64,000 nucleotides of DNA from Minisyncoccia bacterium (GTDB lineage: Bacteria > Patescibacteriota > Minisyncoccia > Phycocordibacterales > UBA918): contig JBGSJJ010000013.1 in the NCBI GenBank assembly GCA_041742075.1, positions 1,801-65,800 on the forward strand. Direction: 5' to 3'. Positions 45,531 to 55,356 of this stretch are shown here, piece by piece. Position 1 is the first letter of the stretch, and every line of letters starts with the position of its first letter. A program made the translations under genes and the position numbers. The notes under the pieces are model-generated. The model was given only the letters and a program-made list of their open reading frames with translations. It searched no databases and was not told the origin of the DNA.

Positions 45531-45872
45531 CTATACGCCAATTGAAGCGTTGAAAGCCACTTCATGATGATGGCCGCGATCAGAGTGCAGGGCTTCAAAA
45601 CACAGTTTGATGAAGTCAAACGTGAGCAAGCGCTGGCCATTACACTGAGTCGGCACAAGTGACTCAAGACGCACTTCGCTTGAGGGGTGGAGCATGACTT
45701 TAATGAGTATGTCAGACGTCCACGCTGATTCTGCAAGCAAAAACAGTCGTTCTGCTATACCAGCTTCAATCAGGTCACCCTCAACCAAGTAGAGCATCTG
45801 ACCATCAAGCATCCGGCCACACGTCCAGCGTGCGCCTGGTATGTGGTTGACAACCATATGGTCTTTTTTCAT
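45531..45872 (-). CDS. hypothetical protein (113 aa; His-rich C-terminus)
   Basis: The start is set at MKKDHMVVNH. The longer ORF would translate through a terminator-like hairpin. Confidence 0.4.
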   Translation of the reverse strand: MKKDHMVVNHIPGARWTCGRMLDGQMLYLVEGDLIEAGIAERLFLLAESAWTSDILIKVMLHPSSEVRLESLVPTQCNGQRLLTFDFIKLCFEALHSDRGHHHEVAFNASIGV

Positions 45873-45898
45873 CTGCTTCTTGCCTTCCTCTAAAGAAC

Positions 45899-45934
45899 AA
45901 AAACAGAGCCCGCGGTAGGCGGGCTCTGTTTTAG
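45899..45934. terminator. hairpin (aaacagagcccgc / gcgggctctgttt) in the 5-prime leader of 45531-45872
   Basis: 13-bp stem plus T-run. Possible terminator or attenuator. Confidence 0.5.
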
Positions 45935-46213
45935 ATAACTCATTCTTTGACCTATCCAAAACACAACCGACCTTGCGGGCAGATAATCAGCACGACGAGC
46001 AGGTTGTTGTTTTGGGTAAACATTACTTTGATAATAGCAGAGAGAATTCCTCGTAGCAAGCTATGTCCCACATACGGTTTACTGTTGCAAAATAACGTTT
46101 TTATGGTACATTTCATACACCATTGTTAGTGCTTTGGTAAAAACGGGTAGGGCCGTTTATTCTGCACAGAAGACCGAGAGCCGATCTCTCATTTATTATT
46201 TAAGCCAATTTAT

Positions 46214-46885
46214 TTGACTACACTACGACCGAGTAACAATTACAGTGATAAGACTCGCATAAACCACGCTATTCGTGCTCGAGAACTACGAGTTATTGGG
46301 GCGGAAGGAGAAAACCTTGGTGTTCTCCAACTTGCCGATGCACTCAAAGCAGCAGATACTGCCAACCTCGACTTAATTGAAATCTCTCCAAAAGCAGTGC
46401 CGCCCGTAGCCAAGATTATGGACTATGGTCAGTACCGTTATGAAGTAAAACGAAAAGCCAGTGAAGTGAAGTCTAAGTCACATGTTACTGAAACGAAGAG
46501 TGTACAAGTTAAGATTGGTACCGGAGAACACGACCAACTACTGAAAGCGAAACGAGCGGCACAGTGGCTTCAAGATGGACACCGAGTAAAAGTTGATCTT
46601 TTCCTTTGGGGTCGCTACAAGTACATGGAAGAAGGGTTTCTGAAAGAACGACTTGATCGCTTCCTCAAGATTATCCCCGCTGACTACAAACTGGCTGACG
46701 AAATAAAAAAAAGTCCAAAAGGCTTCACTACTACCCTCGAACGAGTTGGAAAAAGTGTGAAAGGCCCAAAGACACTAGAGGCACCAAAAAAAGCTGACGA
46801 ACCAGCTCCAGACGGCACTGTGAAAGAAATAGCCAAATCCAAGAAAAAGTCCCTAGACGAGCTCCTCGAAGGAGGTATGAGCTAA
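46214..46885 (+). CDS. infC: translation initiation factor IF-3
   Basis: INHAIRARELRVIGAEGENLGV...DLIEISP...AKIMDYGQYRYE. Non-ATG (TTG) start, as is usual for infC. Confidence 0.85.
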   Translation: MTTLRPSNNYSDKTRINHAIRARELRVIGAEGENLGVLQLADALKAADTANLDLIEISPKAVPPVAKIMDYGQYRYEVKRKASEVKSKSHVTETKSVQVKIGTGEHDQLLKAKRAAQWLQDGHRVKVDLFLWGRYKYMEEGFLKERLDRFLKIIPADYKLADEIKKSPKGFTTTLERVGKSVKGPKTLEAPKKADEPAPDGTVKEIAKSKKKSLDELLEGGMS

Positions 46886-46957
46886 ACCCAAGAGAGTGGA
46901 CTTTTAAAGCGAAGTACGGTACAGTACTGCCACTTTTTGCCTGTTAATGCAATTATT

Positions 46958-47149
46958 ATGAAAACAAACAAGTCTTATACAAAACGCCTCAAGGTCACGA
47001 AAAATGGCAAAATCGTTGCCCGAAAGCAAGGACAGAACCACTTCAATGCTCGCCAAACTGGTCAACAGCGACTTCGCCGAAAGCGAACCCAGCTCCTCAA
47101 CCTCAGTAAGCGAATCACAAGACGGTTTCTTCCTGGCACTGGCGCATAA
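46958..47149 (+). CDS. rpmI: 50S ribosomal protein L35
   Basis: 63-aa basic protein MKTNKSYTKRLKVTKNGKIVARKQGQNHF between infC and rplT. Confidence 0.8.
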   Translation: MKTNKSYTKRLKVTKNGKIVARKQGQNHFNARQTGQQRLRRKRTQLLNLSKRITRRFLPGTGA

Positions 47150-47188
47150 GCCAACTATTATTAGCAAACTCACCCTACTACATACTAT

Positions 47189-47533
47189 ATGTCACGAGTA
47201 AAAGGAGGCTTAATGGCCAACAAGCGACGTCGCAATATTCTTACACAAGTTAAAGGATACCGACTCGGTCGCTCAAAGAAGAAGCGTCAGGCACGTGAAG
47301 CTATCTACCACGCACAACTGCACTCATTTGCTCACCGCAAAGATAAGAAGAATGACTTCCGTCGACTTTGGATCTCTCGAATCAACGCCGTCTTGAAAAA
47401 CCAAGGATTGCAGTACAGTCGCTTTATCAAGGCTATGGCAGACAAGAGCATCAAGCTCGATCGAAAGATCCTCGCCACCCTCGCTAAAGACCGACCAGAA
47501 TCATTCCAGAGAGTGGTTGATCAAGTAAAGTAA
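47189..47533 (+). CDS. rplT: 50S ribosomal protein L20
   Basis: MSRVKGG...RRNILTQVKGYRLGRSKKKRQAREA. Confidence 0.9.
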   Translation: MSRVKGGLMANKRRRNILTQVKGYRLGRSKKKRQAREAIYHAQLHSFAHRKDKKNDFRRLWISRINAVLKNQGLQYSRFIKAMADKSIKLDRKILATLAKDRPESFQRVVDQVK

Positions 47534-47562
47534 TCAAAAGAAGCACTAACACACTACATTTA

Positions 47563-47594
47563 AAACACCCCGCGCCATTGGCGCGGGGTGTTTT
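47563..47594. terminator. bidirectional terminator hairpin (aaaacaccccgcgcc / ggcgcggggtgtttt)
   Basis: 15-bp stem. Confidence 0.8.
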
Positions 47595-47604
47595 ACTGTA
47601 TATT

Positions 47605-48003
47605 CTAAAGGAGCTGTAAGAATGCTAAATATAGAAGATATAGACTACCCAAAACAAGTGCCCACAGTGTACCTTGCATTCCTATAATGCGGAATTTGTT
47701 CACGGTATTTTTTTGACTGAGTCCATAGGCGTGCATAATTCTGCCGAAAATTATAACTACACTGTAGCTGACGAGAAACCAGTAGTGTACCCCGGCTGAT
47801 TCAAGTAGGAATAAAATAATAAGTAGGATTGGTACGTATTCACTAAAGTTTCCATGCATACGAATCCTCCGACTCATCAAGTCACTTTCACCCGCCCCTA
47901 AACTCGTGTTTGTTTTTGCCCGAGTGTAAATAGTGAGAAGACTTAATCCAAAAAAGAAGACCCCAAGAATACCGGCTGTTACTAACGTAATTGGAGTTTC
48001 CAT
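47605..48003 (-). CDS. MAPEG-family membrane protein
   Basis: 132 aa, 4 TM helices. The NFSEYVPILL segment is typical of MAPEG/YecN. Confidence 0.5.
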   Translation of the reverse strand: METPITLVTAGILGVFFFGLSLLTIYTRAKTNTSLGAGESDLMSRRIRMHGNFSEYVPILLIILFLLESAGVHYWFLVSYSVVIIFGRIMHAYGLSQKNTVNKFRIIGMQGTLWALVLGSLYLLYLAFLQLL

Positions 48004-48005
48004 AG

Positions 48006-49364
48006 TTAAAAGTCTATCTCTATCTCCTCGTTCTGACTTGGAGCCACGGCATTGAGCCCAAGGTAGTCACGTAAGCGCTGAACTAAGAAAAGCGATGAAC
48101 GCTCTTCACCCATGGCGACAAACACCTGCTTGGCCTGTTCGCCACCCTTCTGCACTAAGTTAATAAGCTGGTCACGGTCGGCATGTCCGGAGTAGCCCCG
48201 AATGTGCGCAATCTTGGCTTTTACCCGTACCTCCTCACCGTCGATCTTCACCTTAGTTGCGCCATCGCTTAAAACTCTACCGAGGCTACCAACAGCCTGG
48301 TACCCCACCAAAAGGAGCGTGGTATTCTTCTCGCCTAAGTAGCGCTGTTCATGACCTCGAATACGTCCCCCATGACTCATGCCACTGCCGGCGATTATTA
48401 TTTTGGATCCTCGCTCTTCTGAGATAGAGTGTGAGTCTTTGAGGGTACGCGTAAACTTAAGACCTTCAAAATCGAATATATCATCACCTGCCTTAATCTG
48501 ATCTTGTATATCCTGTTTGAGATAGTTAGTATGTCTGCGGTACATTTCAGTTACCTCAATCGCGAGTGGTGAGTCCAAGAAGACTGGTATTGGTTTGATT
48601 TTTCCTGACTCAACGAGGTTATTTATTTCAAGGAGCATGCCCTGCGTACGCTCAAGACTAAAAGCTGGAATAATGAGCGTCCCACCCTTAGCTTGCGTGT
48701 CTTCTATATGCCCTTGGAGTAAATTGGTTCGCTCTGCCACATCTTCATGAAGTCGGTCACCGTACACACTTTCCATAACCAGATATTGGTACTCGGTCGG
48801 AATGACTGGAGCATCAAGTAGTGGTTGTGGGATATTGCCAATATCACCGGTAAATACGATCTTTTTTTCACCTCGAGTAAAATGCACCATACCAGAACCA
48901 AGAATGTGTCCCGCGTCAGTGTACCAAGCAGTAATCTCGTCTGGTAGTGATATTTTTTCATCATACGAAACAGTCTTCCACAGGGACAGAGCTGAGTCGA
49001 TGTCATGCATTTCATACAGCACATCTGCACCATACTGCTCTTTTTCGTACTGCATAACCTTGAGAGCATCCCGCAGCATCAGGTTGGCAAAGTCTTTGGT
49101 TGGTGTGGTTGAGTAAATCACTCCTTTAAAACCATCTTTGACGAGCTTTGGAATCCGTCCAATATGATCTGCGTGCGCATGGGTGACCATAAGTACATCA
49201 ACCTGAGCTGGTTCATACGGAAATGGTAGTGCATTAATTGCTTGGGCAAACCGATCACCCTGCACGAGTCCACAGTCAACTAAAATCGCTACCTTGCCCG
49301 TATCGAGCATAAAGTTAGCCCCCGTTACACTCCCTACTCCTCCATAGAATCCTAATGTCGACAT
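48006..49364 (-). CDS. MBL-fold metallo-hydrolase, beta-CASP (RNase J/CPSF-like) family
   Basis: HAHADHIG is the HxHxDH motif. Length and downstream motifs are consistent with beta-CASP RNA-metabolising enzymes. Confidence 0.55.
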   Translation of the reverse strand: MSTLGFYGGVGSVTGANFMLDTGKVAILVDCGLVQGDRFAQAINALPFPYEPAQVDVLMVTHAHADHIGRIPKLVKDGFKGVIYSTTPTKDFANLMLRDALKVMQYEKEQYGADVLYEMHDIDSALSLWKTVSYDEKISLPDEITAWYTDAGHILGSGMVHFTRGEKKIVFTGDIGNIPQPLLDAPVIPTEYQYLVMESVYGDRLHEDVAERTNLLQGHIEDTQAKGGTLIIPAFSLERTQGMLLEINNLVESGKIKPIPVFLDSPLAIEVTEMYRRHTNYLKQDIQDQIKAGDDIFDFEGLKFTRTLKDSHSISEERGSKIIIAGSGMSHGGRIRGHEQRYLGEKNTTLLLVGYQAVGSLGRVLSDGATKVKIDGEEVRVKAKIAHIRGYSGHADRDQLINLVQKGGEQAKQVFVAMGEERSSLFLVQRLRDYLGLNAVAPSQNEEIEIDF

Positions 49365-49370
49365 GCTGTG

Positions 49371-49751
49371 TTACGTTAAATCTTGCAAACCTTTTCCTAC
49401 AGTATACCCCACCGCTCCACCGAGAAGTCCCACGAAAATATCTCCAAGCGTGTCGGCAATGTAGTTTACTTTCATGACTTCAGTGATGGTAAATTGAAAA
49501 ACCTCCCAGGTAATTGCCACAATAAATACAATACTAAGTGTCACTGCCAGTCTGTTCATAATCCAGACTGGAAGCAGGCGGAGCTCAACGGCAGTGTAGA
49601 GACCTAAGACCACCGTTGCCCCACCGAAAATATGCATCGGGATATCAAACCACCAGATTTGCCAGTAGAGATAGAGTTTCAGCGCAATATAGTGAAGAAC
49701 CGAAAGTAAGCTGGCACAAATAAGAAAAATTATAGTGGCTGGCTTTAGCAT
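49371..49751 (-). CDS. small membrane protein, unknown function
   Basis: Four hydrophobic helices. Start set at MLKPATII. Confidence 0.4.
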   Translation of the reverse strand: MLKPATIIFLICASLLSVLHYIALKLYLYWQIWWFDIPMHIFGGATVVLGLYTAVELRLLPVWIMNRLAVTLSIVFIVAITWEVFQFTITEVMKVNYIADTLGDIFVGLLGGAVGYTVGKGLQDLT

Positions 49752-49799
49752 AAATAGTCTATACCTAAAATAGTAGCACAAAAAAAGCCCTCCTTGGGG

Positions 49800-49970
49800 G
49801 AGAGCGTTTTTGGCGGAACCACTACGTATGCTCCTCCTGAAAAACAGGTGGGTACCCTATCCGAGTTGGGTCTGAAATCCGTTACCGGGCCTCATATCGT
49901 CTCGCGAAATTAGGCAACCCTGAGCAATTACTTAAGCGGAACATACGTAGAGATGGTTCCGCAATTAAGT
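49800..49970. ncRNA. candidate structured non-coding RNA (long-range helix ggcggaaccactacgtatg ... catacgtagagatggttccgc)
   Basis: About 170-nt ORF-free segment whose ends form a roughly 17-bp helix enclosing further stems. Strand and identity unknown. Confidence 0.25.
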
Positions 49971-49975
49971 ATATC

Positions 49976-50014
49976 AAAAAAATAGCCGGCCCCAAAGGGG
50001 CCGGCTATTTTTTA
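49976..50014. terminator. bidirectional terminator hairpin (aaaaaaatagccggcccc / ggggccggctatttttt)
   Basis: 17-bp stem flanked by A and T runs. Confidence 0.8.
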
Positions 50015-50025
50015 TCTACATAGGA

Positions 50026-50634
50026 TTAGACGGTAGGCACATCAAAATGTACGTCGTACATAATTCGTTCTTGAGCGGTCACGTATTCCATGATTTCATT
50101 TTCAGTAAACCAAATTGTGGTTTCTCGCTCCGCTTCCTCTGGTGATTCTGAACAGTGGATGAGATTTCGAACTGCTCGATCTTCGTAGGCAGAATGACCA
50201 TACGAGTCAATGGTGAAGTCACCACGAATCGTACCGACGTCTGACGTTGCCGGCTCAGTGGTACCAACCAGCTTTGTTACCACTGCCACTGATTGGTTGC
50301 CTTCAAGTACCATCATCACGACGGGAGCAGCCGTCATGTAGTGAACGATGGTTCGGATAATATCCTTTCCGTACTCAATTGGTTCCTTAGTAATCGTTGT
50401 TCCTTGTGCTTTTAAGTCTTCAACAATCCGCGTACCTTTTTTTAAAAACCAGGCATCATCTTTGTTGTAGTGCTTGAGGAGTTGCGCTTCAGTCGGTACT
50501 GCCATTTTCATAGCAACAAACTTCAGGCCAGTTCGTTCAAAACGGCCAATTACTTCACCCATCAGTGACCGTTGGACCGTGTCAGGTTTTAGAATTACAA
50601 ACGTTCGTTCTTGATGTGGTTTACGCGATGCCAT
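50026..50634 (-). CDS. ndk: nucleoside diphosphate kinase (long form)
   Basis: ERTFVILKPDTVQRSLMGEVIGRFERTGLKFVAMK matches the Ndk N-terminus. Confidence 0.7.
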   Translation of the reverse strand: MASRKPHQERTFVILKPDTVQRSLMGEVIGRFERTGLKFVAMKMAVPTEAQLLKHYNKDDAWFLKKGTRIVEDLKAQGTTITKEPIEYGKDIIRTIVHYMTAAPVVMMVLEGNQSVAVVTKLVGTTEPATSDVGTIRGDFTIDSYGHSAYEDRAVRNLIHCSESPEEAERETTIWFTENEIMEYVTAQERIMYDVHFDVPTV

Positions 50635-50717
50635 AACAAAATTTAGATTAAAAATATGCTCGCAGTATACAGTAGAATTGATTTTTTTCAATCTTTTATC
50701 TGAGGCTCAGAGTAGTG

Positions 50718-51485
50718 TTAGACAAGGGTAAGAATTTCCGGGCCGTCATCCGTTATCAAAACTGTATGCTCCATATGGGCTGAGAGTGAGCCGTCCTTAG
50801 TAACCGCAGTATAGCCGTCTTCGAGCACTTCAACGTCTATTCCGCCAAGTGTGATCATTGGTTCAATCGCGAGCACCATACCTGCCTCAAGTTTTGGACT
50901 CGGTCCCTTCATAACAAAGTTAGGTACAATCGGCTCTTCATGCAGTGAGTAACCAACACCGTGCCCACAAAAAGTTTCGATGATACCAAACTTTTTTCCG
51001 ACCGCCTTTTCGATAGCTGCACCAATGTCGCGTACATGAGCGCCCGGCTTGGCAGCGTCAATTCCAGCGCTCAGTGCACGCTTGGTGACGTCTATCAGTG
51101 CTTGCACTTCTTTGCTTACTCTACCCACTCCTACGGTTCGAGCTGAATCAAGCACAAAACCTTGGTACCCAATCACTAAGTCAATTGAAACTACATCGCC
51201 ATCTTCAAAAGTTTGCGGATGCTCGTTCGGGATACCGTGTACCACCACGTCGTTAATAGACACACAGGTGGCTGCCGGATAAGGCCGTGGTGCAAAGCCG
51301 GCGTGATAGCCAAGAATCATAGGCTCAACACCATACTCTTCAATCAGTTCCATCGCTCGGTCATCTATATCGAGCGTTGTGTTCCCAGCAACAGCAAGTT
51401 TCTCCAAGTCATTTAAAATAGTAGCGAGAATTTTCCCTCCCGCCCGCATGATTTCAATTTCTTCAGCTGTTTTTATAGCAATCAT
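50718..51485 (-). CDS. map: methionine aminopeptidase type I
   Basis: IKTAEEIEIMRAGGKILA..., metal-binding D/D/H/E/E pattern. Follows adk as in spc-adk-map clusters. Confidence 0.85.
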   Translation of the reverse strand: MIAIKTAEEIEIMRAGGKILATILNDLEKLAVAGNTTLDIDDRAMELIEEYGVEPMILGYHAGFAPRPYPAATCVSINDVVVHGIPNEHPQTFEDGDVVSIDLVIGYQGFVLDSARTVGVGRVSKEVQALIDVTKRALSAGIDAAKPGAHVRDIGAAIEKAVGKKFGIIETFCGHGVGYSLHEEPIVPNFVMKGPSPKLEAGMVLAIEPMITLGGIDVEVLEDGYTAVTKDGSLSAHMEHTVLITDDGPEILTLV

Positions 51486-52081
51486 TGAGGCAAGTTAAGT
51501 GCCGAGACAATCTGAGCATGCACTCCATCAATAGTATCAAGCCCGTCGATGTCATGCACGGTTGTGTTCGGCCGGTTACGATAGTACGCAAGCACCGGGA
51601 GTGTTTCTTCACGATACCACTTCAAACGAGCCTCAATTGAGTCAGGGGTGTCGTCTGTTCTGGCCCGTGAAGCCATTCGAGCACGAACTACTTCTTCTGG
51701 TGTCTCAAGGTTTATGATAGTGACTATATCTCTATTGTAAAAAGTTAGGGCACTTTCAAGCACACGAGCTTCATCAACCACTCGCGGAAAACCATCAATC
51801 AGTAAGTGGCGTTTCTCGCTTAGGTGCTCGCGCATCGCGTCTCCCCAGAGTGCTACAGAAAGGAACAGTGGTTGCAGAATACCGCTATTTAGCGTCTCAG
51901 CCACATGCTCTTCTGTGTAGCCCTCACCCTTTGCGGCGAGCGCCCGGAAGCGACGACCAGTCTGAATGTCGACTACCCGGTTCGTGGGATCGAGTGCCGA
52001 CAAGACTGCATCGAGCTTATCAATCTGAGTTCCTTTACCACTTCCCTGCGGTCCGATGAAAATAATAGTGAATGGTTGCAT
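51482..52081 (-). CDS. adk: adenylate kinase
   Basis: P-loop GPQGSGKGTQ, LIDGFPR NMP-binding motif, LID arginines. Confidence 0.75.
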   Translation of the reverse strand: MQPFTIIFIGPQGSGKGTQIDKLDAVLSALDPTNRVVDIQTGRRFRALAAKGEGYTEEHVAETLNSGILQPLFLSVALWGDAMREHLSEKRHLLIDGFPRVVDEARVLESALTFYNRDIVTIINLETPEEVVRARMASRARTDDTPDSIEARLKWYREETLPVLAYYRNRPNTTVHDIDGLDTIDGVHAQIVSALNLPQ

Positions 52082-52084
52082 GAT

Positions 52085-52666
52085 CTAAGTAGCTAGGTAG
52101 TTAAAAATTTGTTGTTGGACGATATTTGGAGCTTGTTCACCATCTATTTCTATCAAGGTTCCTTTCGTTCTAAAGTATTCTATCGAGTGAGCAGTATAGG
52201 TATGGTATTCCTCTAGTCGCTTTTCCACTGACTTTTCTGAATCAACGATATCTCTTGAGCGCGCCGCGCTTCGCTTCCGTACTTCCTCATCTGATATGGC
52301 CAGATGGAAAACAACGTACTGACGGTCAACCCATTCGTGAATTTCATGAAATAACTCTGCTTCGTTGGGCTTTTTTGCAACAGCTTCAAAGACGACACGC
52401 TCATGTTCAAACTGACTCACGAGGGCGTGCGTCATCCAGTACGAGGCTATCCACTCGGGCATTAAATACCCTCCTTCATACATCTCCTTCATCTTCAAAC
52501 CAAACGTGGTTGGCAACGTAGCGCTTTCGCGCACCTTATTTCCATTAGAATACAACGAGCCTCCGAAGTGCTCTAAGATGGCGTGAGCCTGAGTACCTTT
52601 ACCTGAGGCTATCTTGCCCATGAGCACGATACTTTGATATTTTGTTTTGTATTCCATACTTTGCAT
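52085..52666 (-). CDS. adenylate-kinase-family NMP kinase (second, divergent paralog)
   Basis: P-loop GKIASGKGTQ, C-terminal RLEEY...Y pattern. Directly upstream of adk. Confidence 0.55.
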   Translation of the reverse strand: MQSMEYKTKYQSIVLMGKIASGKGTQAHAILEHFGGSLYSNGNKVRESATLPTTFGLKMKEMYEGGYLMPEWIASYWMTHALVSQFEHERVVFEAVAKKPNEAELFHEIHEWVDRQYVVFHLAISDEEVRKRSAARSRDIVDSEKSVEKRLEEYHTYTAHSIEYFRTKGTLIEIDGEQAPNIVQQQIFNYLAT

Positions 52667-52734
52667 AGAGTACCAATTTTTTCAAGTTCTGCAATCTAAG
52701 GCTCACGCTAAAGATGTGGTATGCTGAAAACGCA

Positions 52735-53355
52735 ATGAAGAAAAAACACATCATTACTATTTCCGGGAAACCCGGCAGTGGCAAGTCATCTACTGCAGAC
52801 AAGGTAGCCGAACTCCTTGGCTACACGCGCTACTCCTCAGGTGACTTTGTCCGGACGATTATACGAAAACGAGGTATTTCGCTCGCCGAGTTCAATAAAA
52901 AAGCGAGTACCGACCATACGATTGATGAAGAAATTGACGAAGAACTTCGAAAACTGCGTGACCAAAAAGAAATCATCATCGACTCACGCCTCGGATTCTA
53001 CTGGATACCCGAATCGTTTAAGGTCTATCTTGACCTCGACATGGACGTCGCCACCGCGCGTATCTACAAAGACACGGTCTCAAACGCTAGCCGAAGTAGC
53101 ACTGAATCTGGTGCCACTATTGGTGAAGTGCAGGCGATGGTCCAGGAACGTCTTAAAAACGAACAGGAGCGCTTCCAGTCGCTCTATGGGGTGAATCCAT
53201 ATAGTCGTCGGCATTTTGACCTCATCATCAACACCTCCCGCCATAGCCCACAAACCGTTGCGCTTACCGTCTACGACACCTATCGCAGATGGCTAGAGTC
53301 AGAAACCTGGAAGCAAGAAATCAGTGAAATTCCACTTGGTTTTTCCCTGCAGTAG
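52735..53355 (+). CDS. cmk: cytidylate kinase
   Basis: ITISGKPGSGKSSTA P-loop and SGDFVRTIIRKRG. Confidence 0.7.
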   Translation: MKKKHIITISGKPGSGKSSTADKVAELLGYTRYSSGDFVRTIIRKRGISLAEFNKKASTDHTIDEEIDEELRKLRDQKEIIIDSRLGFYWIPESFKVYLDLDMDVATARIYKDTVSNASRSSTESGATIGEVQAMVQERLKNEQERFQSLYGVNPYSRRHFDLIINTSRHSPQTVALTVYDTYRRWLESETWKQEISEIPLGFSLQ

Positions 53356-53429
53356 TTAATCTTTCTGCAGTGTCAAAGTAAAATTTTTACTAACAAGCCC
53401 TGTGGGTTGCGTGAGTAGTAAATCGTTTT

Positions 53430-53467
53430 AGACGAGGCGAACAAGAAAAAAGACCCTATAGGGTCTT
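53430..53467. terminator. bidirectional terminator hairpin (aacaagaaaaaagaccc / gggtcttttttcttgtt)
   Basis: 17-bp stem between cmk (+) and secY (-). Confidence 0.8.
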
Positions 53468-53602
53468 TTTTCTTGTTCTTATCTAACAACTCAGGGGATG
53501 AGAAAAATTTTCTGAGACGAGGCAGGCGAAGAAATTATTGTGAGACGTACAAGAGTACGATGAACAATAATTTACTGAAGCCTAACGAAGTATCAGGAAA
53601 TT

Positions 53603-54877
53603 TTAATATTCCCTGAGGGAGACTTGGGCGTCGACTCGGCGTATCAGGTCAAGTACTACTGAAACCACAATGAGTAACGCAGTACCACCAATGGCGAGAG
53701 ATGCCACTCCGGTCAATACCTGCATACCAACTGGCAAGACCGCAATCAACGCGAGGAAACTTGCCCCCACGAGCGTCAAACGAGTAATCAAGTTACCGAG
53801 GTACTCAGACGTATGAGCACCTGGACGAATTCCTGGTACAAACGCTCCGTTTCGTTGGAGGTTCTTGGAGATTTGGTCTGGGTCAAAGGTTACTGCGGTG
53901 TAGAAGAAGGTAAAGAGGAATACCAGTAGGAAGTAGGCACCACCATAAATGTACTGATTAGCGAGAATCGCGTTGACTTGGTTAATTGCTCCCGGGACCC
54001 ACGGCAAGTCAAACGCTGACAGGATGTTTAGAATCATTTGTGGGAAGAGAAGGATAGAGAGTGCAAAGATGATTGGGATAACACCAGCTTGGTTTAAGCG
54101 AAGCGGGAGGTATGACTGACTACTGCCATAGGTCTTACCGCCACGTACTTGCTTGGCGTAGGTAATCGGCACCGGGCGTTCGGCCTCGGTCATTACCACT
54201 ACCGCGTAAATAATAGCGAGAGCTGCAAACACAAAGCCGACATAGAGTGGGAGCTGGGCTGGGTCAGTAAAGGCATACGCGAGCTGACTAGCAGTCTGCG
54301 GTAGGCCAGCCACAATACCGGCGAAGATGATGATTGACACACCGTTTCCAATACCGAACTCCGTTACGAGCTCTCCAATCCACATGAGAAGTATCGAACC
54401 AGCCACAATCAAGATTACGTTTACAATAAACTCAAAGGTTGAAAGTCCAGTGATAACTCCCTGACTCTGGAGGAGGGTCAAGAAACCGAAGCCTTGCAGG
54501 ATAGCGAGTGGAAGCGTGAGCATCCGACCGTACTGCATAAACTTAGCGCGCCCTGACTCACCGTCTTCTGAATACATAGTCTTTAAGGCCGGTGACATCA
54601 CGGTCAAAAGTTGCATGATGATTGAAGCCGTAATGTACGGACCAACACCAAGCATTACAATTGAGAGGTTAGCGAGGCCACCACCAGAGAAGATATTTAA
54701 GAGGCCAAGAAATTGGTTGTTCTCAAAGAATTGTGCAAGCACCGTTTGGTCTACGCCAGGAATTGGAATAGCTGCGAGCGCTCGGAAGATAACTAAGGCC
54801 AGCAAAACGAAGAGGATTCGGTTACGAATCGACTTGTCGGTGAACATTATCTTGAGCTTATGAATGAATGTTTGCAT
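53603..54877 (-). CDS. secY: preprotein translocase subunit SecY
   Basis: 424 aa, 10 TM helices, follows rplO. Confidence 0.9.
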   Translation of the reverse strand: MQTFIHKLKIMFTDKSIRNRILFVLLALVIFRALAAIPIPGVDQTVLAQFFENNQFLGLLNIFSGGGLANLSIVMLGVGPYITASIIMQLLTVMSPALKTMYSEDGESGRAKFMQYGRMLTLPLAILQGFGFLTLLQSQGVITGLSTFEFIVNVILIVAGSILLMWIGELVTEFGIGNGVSIIIFAGIVAGLPQTASQLAYAFTDPAQLPLYVGFVFAALAIIYAVVVMTEAERPVPITYAKQVRGGKTYGSSQSYLPLRLNQAGVIPIIFALSILLFPQMILNILSAFDLPWVPGAINQVNAILANQYIYGGAYFLLVFLFTFFYTAVTFDPDQISKNLQRNGAFVPGIRPGAHTSEYLGNLITRLTLVGASFLALIAVLPVGMQVLTGVASLAIGGTALLIVVSVVLDLIRRVDAQVSLREY

Positions 54878-54896
54878 AATTGTTTAGTATACCTTA

Positions 54897-55346
54897 CTAG
54901 GCTACGGTCCCGCCAACTGCTTCTATCTTGGCCTTGGCTGATTCAGAAACCTCGCAGGCAATAATCATGAGCTTCTTGGTGAGCGTACCGGTACCAAGAA
55001 TCTTCACTGTTGGTGGCTTCTTGCGGCGAAGTGAGAGTACACCAGCTGACACGAGGGTCTTTGGACTTACGGTTGCACCTGCTTCAAAAGCTGTTTCAAG
55101 CGCGCTCACGTTCACCACTTCTGGGCGAATTCGCTCATTATTTACCGTCTGAGCACGGTTCTTACCGTGTCCACGAAGCTTTGGAAGCTTCTTGATGATG
55201 TCGCGCATTTCTGGTCGTGTACTGTTACCAGCACGGGCTGTCTGACCCTTCATACCTCTACCAGAGGTCTTTCCGCGCTTACCGCCACGCCCGATGCGCT
55301 TTCCGGTCTTGCGAATTTTTGTAGGTTGTAAATCGTGTAATTGCAT
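54897..55346 (-). CDS. rplO: 50S ribosomal protein L15
   Basis: IRKTGKRIGRGGKRGKTSGRGMKGQ. Confidence 0.9.
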   Translation of the reverse strand: MQLHDLQPTKIRKTGKRIGRGGKRGKTSGRGMKGQTARAGNSTRPEMRDIIKKLPKLRGHGKNRAQTVNNERIRPEVVNVSALETAFEAGATVSPKTLVSAGVLSLRRKKPPTVKILGTGTLTKKLMIIACEVSESAKAKIEAVGGTVA

Positions 55347-55356
55347 ATTGTTGTAG

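Noticed and set aside
49800-49970. SRP (4.5S) RNA or 6S RNA identity for the structured segment
   Set aside because: The conserved SRP domain-IV motif (GGAA tetraloop with flanking AGCAGCC) is not present and the length does not fit 6S. It is kept only as an unnamed candidate.
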